Shown: positions 1 through 11,762 of the stretch, one piece after another
Numbering within the stretch: the first letter of the stretch is position 1
Layout of the letters: every line of letters starts with the position of its first letter
Translations under genes and position numbers: made by a program
DNA from: Escherichia coli
GTDB taxonomy: Bacteria; Pseudomonadota; Gammaproteobacteria; Enterobacterales; Enterobacteriaceae
DNA length: 64,000 bases
Direction: 5' to 3' (one strand)
NCBI RefSeq assembly: GCF_013315695.1
Contig: NZ_CP054353.1
The notes under the pieces: model-generated
What the model was told of the DNA's origin: nothing
The model's input: the letters and a program-made list of their open reading frames with translations, nothing else
The model's database searches: none

Positions 1-103
1 TACCGGGCGTCGGGTTACTGGCGGCATCGCCAATGCCCAGGCCTGGTTCTCTTTAACCTATCAGTAATTGTTCAGCAGATAATGTGATAACAGGAACAGG
101 ACA

Positions 104-829
104 GTGAGTAATAAAAACGTCAATGTAAGGAAATCGCAGGAAATAACATTCTGCTTGCTGGCAGGTATCCTGATGTTCATGGCAATGATGGTTGCCGGAC
201 GCGCTGAAGCGGGAGTGGCCTTAGGTGCGACTCGCGTAATTTATCCAGCAGGGCAAAAACAAGTGCAACTTGCCGTGACAAATAATGATGAAAATAGCAC
301 CTATTTGATTCAATCATGGGTAGAAAATGCTGATGGTGTAAAGGATGGCCGTTTTATCGTGACGCCACCTCTGTTTGCGATGAAGGGAAAAAAAGAGAAT
401 ACCTTGCGTATTCTTGATGCAACAAATAACCAATTGCCACAGGATCGGGAAAGTTTATTCTGGATGAATGTTAAAGCGATTCCGTCAATGGATAAATCAA
501 AATTGACTGAGAATACGCTACAGCTCGCAATTATCAGCCGCATTAAACTGTACTATCGTCCGGCTAAATTAGCGTTGCCACCCGATCAGGCCGCAGAAAA
601 ATTAAGATTTCGTCGTAGCGCGAATTCTCTGACGCTGATTAACCCGACACCCTATTACCTGACGGTAACAGAGTTGAATGCCGGAACCCGGGTTCTTGAA
701 AATGCATTGGTGCCTCCAATGGGCGAAAGCGCGGTTAAATTGCCTTCTGATGCAGGAAGCAATATTACTTACCGAACAATAAATGATTATGGCGCACTTA
801 CCCCCAAAATGACGGGCGTAATGGAATAA
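104..829 (+). CDS. fimC: Type 1 fimbrial periplasmic chaperone FimC
   Basis: 241-aa ORF with signal peptide; sequence recognised as E. coli FimC; followed by usher and minor subunit genes in fim order. Confidence 0.93.
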   Translation: MSNKNVNVRKSQEITFCLLAGILMFMAMMVAGRAEAGVALGATRVIYPAGQKQVQLAVTNNDENSTYLIQSWVENADGVKDGRFIVTPPLFAMKGKKENTLRILDATNNQLPQDRESLFWMNVKAIPSMDKSKLTENTLQLAIISRIKLYYRPAKLALPPDQAAEKLRFRRSANSLTLINPTPYYLTVTELNAGTRVLENALVPPMGESAVKLPSDAGSNITYRTINDYGALTPKMTGVME

Positions 830-892
830 CGCAGGGGGATTTTCGCCTGAATAAAAAGAATTGACTGCCGGGTGATTTAAACCGGAGGAATA

Positions 893-3529
893 ATGTCATA
901 TCTGAATTTAAGACTTTACCAGCGAAACACACAGTGCTTGCATATTCGTAAGCATCGTTTGGCTGGTTTTTTTGTCCGGCTCTTTGTTGCCTGTGCTTTT
1001 GCCGCACAGGCACCTTTGTCATCTGCCGAACTCTATTTTAACCCGCGTTTTTTAGCGGATGATCCCCAGGCTGTGGCTGATTTATCGCGTTTTGAGAATG
1101 GGCAAGAATTACCGCCAGGGACGTATCGTGTCGATATCTATTTGAATAATGGTTATATGGCAACGCGTGATGTCTCATTTAATACGGGCGACAGCGAACA
1201 AGGGATTGTTCCCTGCCTGACACGCGCGCAACTTGCCAGTATGGGGCTGAATACGGCTTCTGTCTCCGGTATGAATCTGCTGGCGGATGATGCCTGCGTG
1301 CCATTAACCTCAATGATCCATGACGCTACTGCGCATTTAGATGTTGGTCAGCAGCGACTCAACCTGACGATCCCTCAGGCATTTATGAGTAATCGCGCGC
1401 GTGGTTATATTCCTCCTGAGTTATGGGATCCCGGTATTAATGCCGGATTGCTCAATTATAATTTCAGCGGAAATAGTGTACAGAATCGAATTGGGGGTAA
1501 CAGCCATTATGCATATTTAAACCTACAGAGTGGGTTAAATATTGGTGCGTGGCGTTTATGCGACAATACCACCTGGAGTTATAACAGTAGCGACAGTTCA
1601 TCAGGTAGCAAAAATAAATGGCAGCATATCAATACCTGGCTTGAGCGAGACATAATTCCGTTACGTTCCCGGCTGACGCTGGGTGATGGTTATACTCAGG
1701 GCGATATTTTCGATGGTATTAACTTTCGCGGCGCACAATTGGCCTCAGATGACAATATGTTACCCGATAGCCAAAGAGGATTTGCCCCGGTGATCCACGG
1801 TATTGCTCATGGTACTGCACAGGTCACTATTAAACAAAATGGGTATGACATTTATAATAGTACGGTGCCACCGGGGCCTTTTACCATCAACGATATCTAT
1901 GCCGCAGGTAATAGTGGTGACTTGCAGGTAACGATTAAAGAGGCTGACGGCAGTACGCAGATTTTTACCGTACCCTATTCGTCAGTCCCGCTTTTGCAGC
2001 GTGAAGGGCATACACGTTATTCCATTACGGCAGGAGAATACCGTAGTGGAAATGCGCAGCAGGAAAAACCCCGCTTTTTCCAGAGTACATTACTCCACGG
2101 CCTTCCGGCTGGCTGGACAATATATGGTGGAACGCAACTGGCGGATCGTTATCGTGCGTTTAATTTCGGTATCGGGAAAAATATGGGGGCACTGGGCGCT
2201 CTGTCTGTGGATATGACGCAGGCTAATTCCACACTTCCCGATGACAGTCAGCATGACGGACAATCGGTGCGTTTTCTTTATAACAAATCGCTCAATGAGT
2301 CAGGCACGAATATTCAGTTAGTGGGTTACCGTTATTCGACCAGTGGGTATTTTAATTTCGCTGATACAACATACAGTCGAATGAATGGCTACAACATCGA
2401 AACACAGGATGGAGTTATTCAGGTTAAGCCGAAATTCACCGACTATTACAATCTCGCTTATAACAAACGCGGGAAATTACAACTCACCGTTACTCAGCAA
2501 CTCGGGCGCACATCAACACTGTATTTGAGTGGTAGCCATCAAACTTATTGGGGAACGAGTAATGTCGATGAGCAATTCCAGGCTGGATTAAATACTGCGT
2601 TCGAAGATATTAACTGGACGCTCAGCTATAGCCTGACGAAAAACGCCTGGCAAAAAGGACGGGATCAGATGTTAGCGCTTAACGTCAATATTCCTTTCAG
2701 CCACTGGCTGCGTTCTGACAGTAAATCTCAGTGGCGACATGCCAGTGCCAGCTACAGCATGTCACACGATCTCAACGGTCGGATGACCAATCTGGCCGGT
2801 ATATACGGTACGTTGCTGGAAGACAACGACCTCAGCTATAGCGTGCAAACCGGTTATGCCGGGGGAGGCGATGGAAATAGCGGAAGTACAGGCTACGCCA
2901 CGCTGAATTATCGCGGTGGTTACGGCAATGCCAATATCGGTTACAGCCATAGCGATGATATTAAGCAGCTCTATTACGGAGTCAGCGGTGGGGTACTGGC
3001 TCATGCCAATGGCGTAACGCTGGGGCAGCCGTTAAACGATACGGTGGTGCTTGTTAAAGCGCCTGGCGCAAAAGATGCAAAAGTCGAAAACCAGACAGGA
3101 GTGCGTACCGACTGGCGGGGTTATGCCGTGCTGCCTTATGCCACTGAATATCGGGAAAACAGAGTGGCGCTGGATACCAATACCCTGGCTGATAACGTCG
3201 ATTTAGATAATGCGGTCGCTAACGTTGTTCCCACCCGTGGGGCGATCGTGCGAGCAGAGTTTAAAGCGCGCGTTGGGATAAAACTGCTCATGACGCTAAC
3301 CCACAATAATAAGCCGCTGCTGTTTGGGGCGATGGTGACATCAGAGAGTAGCCAGAGTAGCGGCATTGTTGCGGATAATGGTCAGGTTTACCTCAGCGGA
3401 ATGCCTTTAGCGGGAAAAGTGCAGGTGAAATGGGGAGAAGAGGAAAATGCTCACTGTGTCGCCAATTATCAACTGCCACCAGAGAGTCAGCAGCAGTTAT
3501 TAACCCAGCTATCAGCTGAATGTCGTTAA
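893..3529 (+). CDS. fimD: Type 1 fimbrial outer-membrane usher FimD
   Basis: 878-aa uninterrupted ORF, recognised FimD sequence, position after fimC. Confidence 0.93.
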   Translation: MSYLNLRLYQRNTQCLHIRKHRLAGFFVRLFVACAFAAQAPLSSAELYFNPRFLADDPQAVADLSRFENGQELPPGTYRVDIYLNNGYMATRDVSFNTGDSEQGIVPCLTRAQLASMGLNTASVSGMNLLADDACVPLTSMIHDATAHLDVGQQRLNLTIPQAFMSNRARGYIPPELWDPGINAGLLNYNFSGNSVQNRIGGNSHYAYLNLQSGLNIGAWRLCDNTTWSYNSSDSSSGSKNKWQHINTWLERDIIPLRSRLTLGDGYTQGDIFDGINFRGAQLASDDNMLPDSQRGFAPVIHGIAHGTAQVTIKQNGYDIYNSTVPPGPFTINDIYAAGNSGDLQVTIKEADGSTQIFTVPYSSVPLLQREGHTRYSITAGEYRSGNAQQEKPRFFQSTLLHGLPAGWTIYGGTQLADRYRAFNFGIGKNMGALGALSVDMTQANSTLPDDSQHDGQSVRFLYNKSLNESGTNIQLVGYRYSTSGYFNFADTTYSRMNGYNIETQDGVIQVKPKFTDYYNLAYNKRGKLQLTVTQQLGRTSTLYLSGSHQTYWGTSNVDEQFQAGLNTAFEDINWTLSYSLTKNAWQKGRDQMLALNVNIPFSHWLRSDSKSQWRHASASYSMSHDLNGRMTNLAGIYGTLLEDNDLSYSVQTGYAGGGDGNSGSTGYATLNYRGGYGNANIGYSHSDDIKQLYYGVSGGVLAHANGVTLGQPLNDTVVLVKAPGAKDAKVENQTGVRTDWRGYAVLPYATEYRENRVALDTNTLADNVDLDNAVANVVPTRGAIVRAEFKARVGIKLLMTLTHNNKPLLFGAMVTSESSQSSGIVADNGQVYLSGMPLAGKVQVKWGEEENAHCVANYQLPPESQQQLLTQLSAECR

Positions 3530-3538
3530 GGGGGCGTG

Positions 3539-4069
3539 ATGAGAAACAAACCTTTTTATCTTCTTTGCGCTTTTTTGTGGCTGGCGGTAAGTCACGCTTT
3601 GGCTGCGGATAGCACGATTACTATCCGCGGCTATGTCAGAGATAATGGCTGTAGTGTGGCCGCTGAATCAACCAATTTTACTGTTGATCTGATGGAAAAC
3701 GCGGCGAAGCAATTTAACAACATTGGCGCGACGACTCCTGTCGTTCCATTTCGTATTTTGCTGTCACCCTGTGGTAACGCCGTTTCTGCCGTAAAGGTTG
3801 GGTTTACTGGCGTTGCAGATAGCCACAATGCCAACCTGCTTGCACTTGAAAATACGGTGTCAGCGGCTGCGGGACTGGGAATACAGCTTCTGAATGAGCA
3901 ACAAAATCAGATACCCCTTAATGCCCCATCGTCCGCGATTTCGTGGACGACCCTGACGCCGGGTAAACCAAATACGCTGAATTTTTACGCCCGGCTAATG
4001 GCGACACAGGTGCCTGTCACTGCGGGGCATATCAATGCCACGGCTACCTTCACTCTTGAATATCAGTAA
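3539..4069 (+). CDS. fimF: Type 1 fimbrial minor subunit FimF
   Basis: 176 aa from the ATG at 3539 (the track ORF begins at a GTG one codon upstream); signal peptide; fim operon order. Confidence 0.9.
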   Translation: MRNKPFYLLCAFLWLAVSHALAADSTITIRGYVRDNGCSVAAESTNFTVDLMENAAKQFNNIGATTPVVPFRILLSPCGNAVSAVKVGFTGVADSHNANLLALENTVSAAAGLGIQLLNEQQNQIPLNAPSSAISWTTLTPGKPNTLNFYARLMATQVPVTAGHINATATFTLEYQ

Positions 4070-4081
4070 CTGGAGATGCTC

Positions 4082-4585
4082 ATGAAATGGCGCAAACGTG
4101 GGTATTTATTGGCGGCAATATTGGCGCTCGCAAGTGCGACGATACAGGCAGCCGATGTCACCATCACGGTGAACGGTAAGGTCGTCGCTAAACCGTGCAC
4201 GGTTTCCACCACCAATGCCACGGTTGATCTCGGCGATCTTTATTCTTTCAGTCTTATGTCTGCCGGGGCGGCATCGGCCTGGCATGATGTTGCGCTTGAG
4301 TTGACTAATTGTCCGGTGGGAACGTCGAGGGTCACTGCCAGCTTCAGCGGGGCAGCCGACAGTACCGGATATTATAAAAATCAGGGGGCCGCGCAAAACA
4401 TCCAGTTAGAGCTACAGGATGACAGTGGCAACACATTGAATACTGGCGCAACCAAAACAGTTCAGGTGGATGATTCCTCACAATCAGCGCACTTCCCGTT
4501 ACAGGTCAGAGCATTGACGGTAAATGGCGGAGCCACTCAGGGAACCATTCAGGCAGTGATTAGCATCACCTATACCTACAGCTGA
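4082..4585 (+). CDS. fimG: Type 1 fimbrial minor subunit FimG
   Basis: 167 aa from the MKW start; pilin-like; fim operon order. Confidence 0.9.
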   Translation: MKWRKRGYLLAAILALASATIQAADVTITVNGKVVAKPCTVSTTNATVDLGDLYSFSLMSAGAASAWHDVALELTNCPVGTSRVTASFSGAADSTGYYKNQGAAQNIQLELQDDSGNTLNTGATKTVQVDDSSQSAHFPLQVRALTVNGGATQGTIQAVISITYTYS

Positions 4586-4604
4586 ACCCGAAGAGATGAT
4601 TGTA

Positions 4605-5507
4605 ATGAAACGAGTTATTACCCTGTTTGCTGTACTGCTGATGGGCTGGTCGGTAAATGCCTGGTCATTCGCCTGTAAAACCGCCAATGGTACAGCTATC
4701 CCTATTGGCGGTGGCAGCGCTAATGTTTATGTAAACCTTGCGCCCGCCGTGAATGTGGGGCAAAACCTGGTCGTAGATCTTTCGACGCAAATCTTTTGCC
4801 ATAACGATTATCCGGAAACCATTACAGACTATGTCACACTGCAACGAGGCTCGGCTTATGGCGGCGTGTTATCTAATTTTTCCGGGACCGTAAAATATAG
4901 TGGCAGTAGCTATCCATTTCCTACCACCAGCGAAACGCCGCGCGTTGTTTATAATTCGAGAACGGATAAGCCGTGGCCGGTGGCGCTTTATTTGACGCCT
5001 GTGAGCAGTGCGGGCGGGGTGGCGATTAAAGCTGGCTCATTAATTGCCGTGCTTATTTTGCGACAGACCAACAACTATAACAGCGATGATTTCCAGTTTG
5101 TGTGGAATATTTACGCCAATAATGATGTGGTGGTGCCCACTGGCGGCTGTGATGTTTCTGCTCGTGATGTCACCGTTACTCTGCCGGACTACCCTGGTTC
5201 AGTGCCAATTCCTCTTACCGTTTATTGTGCGAAAAGCCAAAACCTGGGGTATTACCTCTCCGGCACAACCGCAGATGCGGGCAACTCGATTTTCACCAAT
5301 ACCGCGTCGTTTTCACCAGCGCAGGGCGTCGGCGTACAGTTGACGCGCAACGGTACGATTATTCCAGCGAATAACACGGTATCGTTAGGAGCAGTAGGAA
5401 CTTCGGCGGTAAGTCTGGGATTAACGGCAAATTACGCACGTACCGGAGGGCAGGTGACTGCAGGGAATGTGAAATCGATTATTGGCGTGACTTTTGTTTA
5501 TCAATAA
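4605..5507 (+). CDS. fimH: Type 1 fimbrial mannose-binding adhesin FimH
   Basis: 300 aa from MKRVITLF; recognised FimH lectin and pilin domains. Confidence 0.93.
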   Translation: MKRVITLFAVLLMGWSVNAWSFACKTANGTAIPIGGGSANVYVNLAPAVNVGQNLVVDLSTQIFCHNDYPETITDYVTLQRGSAYGGVLSNFSGTVKYSGSSYPFPTTSETPRVVYNSRTDKPWPVALYLTPVSSAGGVAIKAGSLIAVLILRQTNNYNSDDFQFVWNIYANNDVVVPTGGCDVSARDVTVTLPDYPGSVPIPLTVYCAKSQNLGYYLSGTTADAGNSIFTNTASFSPAQGVGVQLTRNGTIIPANNTVSLGAVGTSAVSLGLTANYARTGGQVTAGNVKSIIGVTFVYQ

Positions 5508-5585
5508 AAAAATTACAGCACATTGCTAATGCTGGTACCTGAGGCGCTACGCTATCAGACCTACAAAACCTGCACGTTAGCCCTT

Positions 5586-5624
5586 TGTAGGCCAGATAAG
5601 ACGCGTCAGCGTCGCATCTGGCAT
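5586..5624. repeat. REP (repetitive extragenic palindromic) element
   Basis: tgtaggccagataagacgcgtcagcgtcgcatctggcat matches the REP consensus class; intergenic between fimH and gntP. Confidence 0.6.
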
Positions 5625-5653
5625 AAACAAAGCGTACTTTGCCGACAATCCGA

Positions 5654-5690
5654 ACAGAGCCTGCCATTGGCAGGCTCTGGTGTTCTTTTA
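5654..5690 (+). terminator. Putative rho-independent terminator downstream of the fim operon
   Basis: Perfect palindrome agagcctgcca-ttgg-caggctct followed by a T-rich run (gtgttctttt). Confidence 0.5.
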
Positions 5691-7031
5691 CGCTACCATG
5701 CTAATAATCAGCACAATAATAAGCCCAACCACGGAGTTGACCAGCTCCAGCAGACCCCAGGTTTTCAACGTGTCTTTTACTGACAGGTCAAAGTATCCTT
5801 TGAACAACCAGAAAGAAGCATCGTTAATGTGGGTGAGGGTGTTGGAACCCGCAGCCGTCGCCAGTACCAGCAGCGCCGGATTCACGCCAACCAGCTGACC
5901 AGTTGCTGGATCAAGGATTGCAGCACTGATAATCCCGGCGGCGGTCATCGCCGAAACGACACCCTGACCCGTCGCCAGACGAATTAGCACAGTGATCAGC
6001 CATGCCATGATGTAGGGCGAGATATTGCCGTGGGACATCAACATGCCGATGGTGTCGCCAATGCCGGTGTCGATGATGGTCTGCTTCAGCACGCCACCCG
6101 CACCGATGATCAGAATCACCATTGCAATACTCTTCACCGCGCTTTCAAAAGCGTTCATCACCCACTGCATGTCATGACCACGTGCGGTGCCAAAGAGTAC
6201 GAATGCAACCACCATCGCAATAAACATTGCAATCGGCGAGGAACCGATAAAGTTAACCACTTCCCAGGCAGGGGTATCTTTTACCAGCCAGATATTGGCG
6301 ATGGTGGTAGAGATCATAATGATCGCCGGGATCAGCGGCACCAGAATCGAAACGCCGAAAGAGGGCAGATTATTCATATCTACCGGTTGATCTGCTTTCA
6401 GGAATGATGGCGTTGGGCGCTCAAGATTGCCGAGGAACTTCGGCAGGATCAGACCTGCGCAGATTACACTTGGGATCGTCACCAGTACGCCATAGATATA
6501 AACCATCCCCATATCCGCGCCATAAGCATTCACCAGCGCCACCGGACCCGGCTGCGGTGGGAACAGTGAATGTGCGGTAGTGGCAGCTGCTACTGCCGGG
6601 ATCGCCAGTTTCAGGAACGGAATTTTAGCTTCGGCGGCAATAACAATAACCAGCGGCGCTAACATGATAAAGGCCACTTCATAGAACATCGCCAGACCAA
6701 AAATCAGGCCGATGATAATCACCGACAGCTGTACATAGCGCAGACCGAGACGCGCCAGCAGCGTATGCGCTATCTGGTGAGCCGCGCCGGAGTCGACCAT
6801 CAATTTACCGATGACCGCACCGAACACCACGATGATAGCCAGTTCCCCCAGCGTGTTGCCGAAGCCCGCTTTCATAGTGTGCAGCAGCGACATCAAATCC
6901 ATGCCCGCCAGCATCCCGACGGACAGCGCCGCCACCAACAAAGCCACCATTGAATTGATTTTGAACTTCAAATTCAGTACCAGCATCAGGCCAATGCCGA
7001 ATACCACCCAGAGAATGTTAAGCACATGCAT
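5688..7031 (-). CDS. gntP: High-affinity gluconate/fructuronate transporter GntP
   Basis: 447-aa polytopic membrane ORF recognised as GntP; divergent from uxuA. Confidence 0.9.
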
Positions 7032-7084
7032 AACGTTTTACCTTACCTGGTTGAACCGTTGTTATTTTGGGCGATATGTTATGT

Positions 7085-7100
7085 AAATTGGTCAACCATT
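7085..7100. promoter_or_regulatory. Putative UxuR/ExuR operator half-palindrome in the gntP-uxuA divergent region
   Basis: aaattggtcaaccatt resembles the AAATTGGTATACCAATTT operator class. Confidence 0.4.
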
Positions 7101-7194
7101 GTTGCGATGAATGTCACATCCTCTGATCAATAACCATCGATTACCCTTTGCTGCAATTTGCAGCAACAACCATGAGAGTGAAATTCTTGTGATG

Positions 7195-7208
7195 TGGTTA
7201 ACCAATTT
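7195..7208. promoter_or_regulatory. Putative UxuR/ExuR operator upstream of uxuA
   Basis: tggttaaccaattt contains the perfect palindrome TGGTTAACCA, about 165 bp upstream of the uxuA start. Confidence 0.45.
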
Positions 7209-7370
7209 CAGAATTCGGGTTGACATGTCTTACCAAAAGGTAGAACTTATACGCCATCTCATCCGATGCAACGCCACGGCTGCGGTCTGGTTGTTCATCC
7301 GGATACCTAAACAACTCCAGGGTTCCGCGTCTCTTTGCTGTGGAACCCACTATGTGAAAGAGGAAAAATC

Positions 7371-8555
7371 ATGGAACAGACCTGGCGCTGGTACGGCCCA
7401 AACGATCCGGTTTCTTTAGCTGATGTCCGTCAGGCGGGCGCAACTGGCGTGGTTACCGCGCTGCACCATATCCCGAACGGCGAAGTATGGTCCGTAGAAG
7501 AGATCCTCAAACGCAAGGCGATCGTTGAAGACGCAGGCCTGGTGTGGTCTGTCGTAGAAAGCGTACCAATTCACGAAGATATCAAAACCCACACTGGCAA
7601 CTATGAGCAGTGGATCGCTAACTATCAGCAGACTCTGCGCAACCTGGCGCAGTGCGGCATTCGCACCGTGTGCTACAACTTCATGCCGGTGCTCGACTGG
7701 ACCCGTACTGACCTCGAATACGTGCTGCCAGACGGCTCCAAAGCGCTGCGCTTCGACCAGATCGAATTCGCTGCATTCGAAATGCATATCCTGAAACGTC
7801 CAGGCGCGGAAGCGGATTACACCGAAGAAGAAATTGCTCAGGCTGCTGTTCGCTTCGCCACTATGAGCGACGAAGACAAAGCGCGTCTGACCCGTAACAT
7901 CATTGCTGGTCTTCCGGGCGCGGAAGAAGGCTACACCCTCGACCAGTTCCGTAAACACCTGGAGCTGTACAAAGATATCGACAAAGCGAAGCTGCGCGAA
8001 AACTTTGCCGTCTTCCTGAAAGCGATTATTCCAGTTGCTGAAGAAGTCGGCGTGCGTATGGCTGTTCACCCGGACGATCCGCCGCGCCCGATCCTCGGCC
8101 TGCCGCGCATTGTTTCCACCATTGAAGATATGCAGTGGATGGTTGATACCGTAAACAGCATGGCAAACGGTTTTACCATGTGCACCGGTTCCTACGGCGT
8201 GCGTGCTGACAACGATCTGGTTGATATGATCAAGCAGTTCGGTCCGCGTATTTACTTCACCCATCTGCGCTCCACCATGCGTGAAGATAACCCGAAAACC
8301 TTCCACGAAGCGGCGCACCTGAACGGTGACGTTGATATGTACGAAGTGGTGAAAGCGATTGTTGAAGAAGAACACCGTCGTAAAGCGGAAGGCAAAGAAG
8401 ACCTGATCCCGATGCGTCCGGACCACGGTCATCAGATGCTGGACGACCTGAAGAAGAAAACCAACCCAGGTTACTCCGCAATTGGTCGTCTGAAAGGCCT
8501 GGCCGAAGTTCGCGGTGTCGAACTGGCGATCCAGCGCGCTTTCTTTAGCCGTTAA
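7371..8555 (+). CDS. uxuA: Mannonate dehydratase UxuA
   Basis: 394 aa from [10 protein letters not shown]; recognised UxuA. Confidence 0.93.
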
Positions 8556-8635
8556 TATCCACCGGCATGGCTGCGCGCCGTGCCGGTTCCTTCTTCCTTG
8601 CCGTCACTCTTTGAAGACGGATTCTGGAGTTTACG

Positions 8636-10096
8636 ATGACTACTATTGTTGACAGCAATCTGCCGGTTGCCCGCCCGTCATGGGATCATTCTCGTCTGGA
8701 ATCACGCATTGTGCATCTCGGTTGCGGGGCGTTTCACCGCGCGCACCAGGCGCTGTATACCCATCATCTGCTGGAAAGCACCGACAGCGACTGGGGCATC
8801 TGCGAAGTTAACCTGATGCCAGGCAACGACCGCGTGCTGATCGAAAACCTGAAAAAACAGCAACTGCTGTACACCGTAGCGGAAAAAGGCGCAGAGAGCA
8901 CCGAGCTGAAAATTATCGGTTCGATGAAAGAAGCGCTGCATCCGGAAATCGATGGCTGCGAAGGTATTCTCAACGCGATGGCGCGTCCGCAAACGGCGAT
9001 TGTCTCTCTAACGGTCACGGAAAAAGGCTACTGCGCTGATGCGGCAAGCGGTCAACTGGATCTCAATAACCCACTGATCAAGCACGATCTGGAAAACCCG
9101 ACTGCGCCGAAGTCCGCGATTGGTTACATCGTCGAAGCCTTGCGTCTGCGTCGTGAAAAAGGGTTGAAAGCGTTTACGGTGATGTCCTGCGATAACGTGC
9201 GTGAAAACGGTCATGTGGCGAAGGTCGCGGTACTGGGGCTGGCTCAGGCGCGTGACCCGCAGCTGGCGGCATGGATTGAAGAAAATGTCACCTTCCCGTG
9301 CACCATGGTTGACCGCATCGTTCCGGCGGCGACGCCAGAAACCTTACAGGAAATTGCTGACCAGCTGGGTGTTTACGACCCGTGCGCCATTGCCTGCGAA
9401 CCGTTCCGTCAGTGGGTGATTGAAGATAACTTCGTTAATGGTCGCCCGGACTGGGATAAAGTGGGCGCACAGTTCGTTGCAGACGTTGTGCCGTTCGAAA
9501 TGATGAAGCTGCGTATGCTGAACGGCAGCCACTCTTTTCTGGCGTACCTCGGTTACCTCGGCGGCTATGAAACCATTGCCGACACCATGACTAACCCGGC
9601 TTATCGCAAAGCGGCCTTTGCCCTGATGATGCAGGAACAAGCGCCAACGCTGTCGATGCCGGAAGGTACAGACCTGAACGCCTATGCGACGCTGCTGATC
9701 GAGCGTTTCAGCAACCCGTCTCTGCGTCACCGTACCTGGCAGATTGCGATGGACGGCAGCCAGAAGTTACCGCAGCGTCTGCTGGACCCGGTGCGTCTGC
9801 ACCTGCAAAACGGCGGCAGCTGGCGTCACCTGGCGCTGGGCGTGGCTGGCTGGATGCGTTACACCCAGGGCGTGGATGAGCAGGGTAATGCCATTGACGT
9901 GGTCGACCCGATGCTGGCGGAGTTCCAGAAGATCAACGCGCAGTATCAGGGCGCAGACCGCGTGAAAGCGCTGCTGGGCCTGAGCGGTATTTTTGCCGAT
10001 GATCTGCCGCAGAATGCCGACTTTGTTGGCGCGGTGACGGCGGCATATCAGCAGCTGTGCGAACGCGGTGCGCGCGAGTGTGTGGCTGCGCTGTAA
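8636..10096 (+). CDS. uxuB: D-mannonate oxidoreductase UxuB
   Basis: 486-aa ORF recognised as UxuB; operon with uxuA. Confidence 0.93.
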   Translation: MTTIVDSNLPVARPSWDHSRLESRIVHLGCGAFHRAHQALYTHHLLESTDSDWGICEVNLMPGNDRVLIENLKKQQLLYTVAEKGAESTELKIIGSMKEALHPEIDGCEGILNAMARPQTAIVSLTVTEKGYCADAASGQLDLNNPLIKHDLENPTAPKSAIGYIVEALRLRREKGLKAFTVMSCDNVRENGHVAKVAVLGLAQARDPQLAAWIEENVTFPCTMVDRIVPAATPETLQEIADQLGVYDPCAIACEPFRQWVIEDNFVNGRPDWDKVGAQFVADVVPFEMMKLRMLNGSHSFLAYLGYLGGYETIADTMTNPAYRKAAFALMMQEQAPTLSMPEGTDLNAYATLLIERFSNPSLRHRTWQIAMDGSQKLPQRLLDPVRLHLQNGGSWRHLALGVAGWMRYTQGVDEQGNAIDVVDPMLAEFQKINAQYQGADRVKALLGLSGIFADDLPQNADFVGAVTAAYQQLCERGARECVAAL

Positions 10097-10232
10097 CTAA
10101 CTGATTACCCTACAGACTTACTGGTCAATCAAACTGATATTTGGTTGACCAGTTTTCGTTTTTTTGCCCACCTGTACGTGCCAACTTCCAGTGCTAATGG
10201 TATAGTTTGAGATTAACGGGGGCCGTAAAATT

Positions 10233-10278
10233 GCCCGTTGTAGGCCGGATAAGGCGTTCACGCCGCATCCGGCAAAAA
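10233..10278. repeat. REP element
   Basis: gcccgttgtaggccggataaggcgttcacgccgcatccggca; canonical REP palindrome between uxuB and uxuR. Confidence 0.65.
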
Positions 10279-10310
10279 TTTGATTAACCGCACCTAACGG
10301 ACACAACACC

Positions 10311-11084
10311 ATGAAATCTGCCACCTCTGCGCAAAGACCTTACCAGGAAGTCGGGGCGATGATCCGCGATCTGATCATAAAGACGCCGTACAACCCTGGC
10401 GAACGGCTGCCGCCGGAGCGTGAAATTGCAGAAATGCTTGATGTCACGCGGACGGTGGTACGTGAAGCGCTGATCATGCTGGAGATCAAAGGGCTGGTGG
10501 AAGTGCGTCGGGGTGCCGGTATCTATGTTCTTGATAGCTCAGGCAGCCAGAACACAGACGGTCCGGATGCCAACGTCTGCAATGATGCCGGTCCTTTTGA
10601 GCTGTTACAGGCGCGTCAGTTACTGGAAAGTAACATCGCGGAATTTGCCGCCCTGCAGGCTACCCGCGAAGATATCGTCAAAATGCGTCAGGCATTGCAA
10701 CTGGAAGAGCGTGAACTGGCTTCCAGCGCGCCGGGCAGCAGCGAAAGTGGTGACATGCAATTCCATCTCGCCATTGCCGAAGCGACGCATAACAGCATGC
10801 TGGTGGAGCTGTTCCGTCAGTCCTGGCAGTGGCGGGAAAACAATCCGATGTGGATCCAGTTGCACAGCCATCTGGATGACAGCCTGTATCGCAAAGAGTG
10901 GTTGGGCGATCACAAACAGATCCTCGCCGCGTTAATCAAAAAAGATGCCCGAGCGGCGAAGCTGGCAATGTGGCAGCATCTGGAAAACGTTAAGCAACGT
11001 CTGCTGGAATTCTCGAACGTTGACGATATTTATTTTGACGGCTATCTGTTTGATTCATGGCCGCTGGATAAAGTCGACGCCTGA
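10311..11084 (+). CDS. uxuR: GntR/FadR-family repressor UxuR
   Basis: 257-aa ORF recognised as UxuR. Confidence 0.93.
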   Translation: MKSATSAQRPYQEVGAMIRDLIIKTPYNPGERLPPEREIAEMLDVTRTVVREALIMLEIKGLVEVRRGAGIYVLDSSGSQNTDGPDANVCNDAGPFELLQARQLLESNIAEFAALQATREDIVKMRQALQLEERELASSAPGSSESGDMQFHLAIAEATHNSMLVELFRQSWQWRENNPMWIQLHSHLDDSLYRKEWLGDHKQILAALIKKDARAAKLAMWQHLENVKQRLLEFSNVDDIYFDGYLFDSWPLDKVDA

Positions 11085-11095
11085 CTTATTATAAT

Positions 11096-11130
11096 AAGCG
11101 CAAGGGTAAACGTTCCTTGCGCTTTCTTAA
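11096..11130. terminator. Putative bidirectional rho-independent terminator (uxuR / yjiC convergent)
   Basis: Stem aagcgcaagg / ccttgcgctt with a 9-nt loop, then tctt. Confidence 0.5.
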
Positions 11131-11258
11131 ATTAAGAAGTCGCAATGAGTATTACTTTGTAAATTGCAGGGTATTGTTTAGCTATCTGTATAACCTGAAC
11201 GTGAGTACTCATTCTTCTCAGTGGCTATTTACCAATATAATTCGGTAATGACTCCAAC

Positions 11259-11762
11259 TTATTGATAGTGTTTTATGTTCAGATAATGCCCGATGACTTT
11301 GTCATGCAGCTCCACCGATTTTGAGAACGACAGCGACTTCCGTCCCAGCCGTGCCAGGTGCTGCCTCAGATTCAGGTTATGCCGCTCAATTCGCTGCGTA
11401 TATCGCTTGCTGATTACGTGCAGCTTTCCCTTCAGGCGGGATTCATACAGCGGCCAGCCATCCGTCATCCATATCACCACGTCAAAGGGTGACAGCAGGC
11501 TCATAAGACGCCCCAGCGTCGCCATAGTGCGTTCACCGAATACGTGCGCAACAACCGTCTTCCGGAGCCTGTCATACGCGTAAAACAGCCAGCGCTGGCG
11601 CGATTTAGCCCCGACATAGCCCCACTGTTCGTCCATTTCCGCGCAGACGATGACGTCACTGCCCGGCTGTATGCGCGAGGTTACCGACTGCGGCCTGAGT
11701 TTTTTAAGTGACGTAAAATCGTGTTGAGGCCAACGCCCATAATGCGGGCTGTTGCCCGGCAT
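11259..11762 (-). CDS. insB: IS1 InsB (transposase made as an InsAB fusion by -1 frameshift)
   Basis: 167-aa ORF overlapping insA in the -1 frame. Confidence 0.9.
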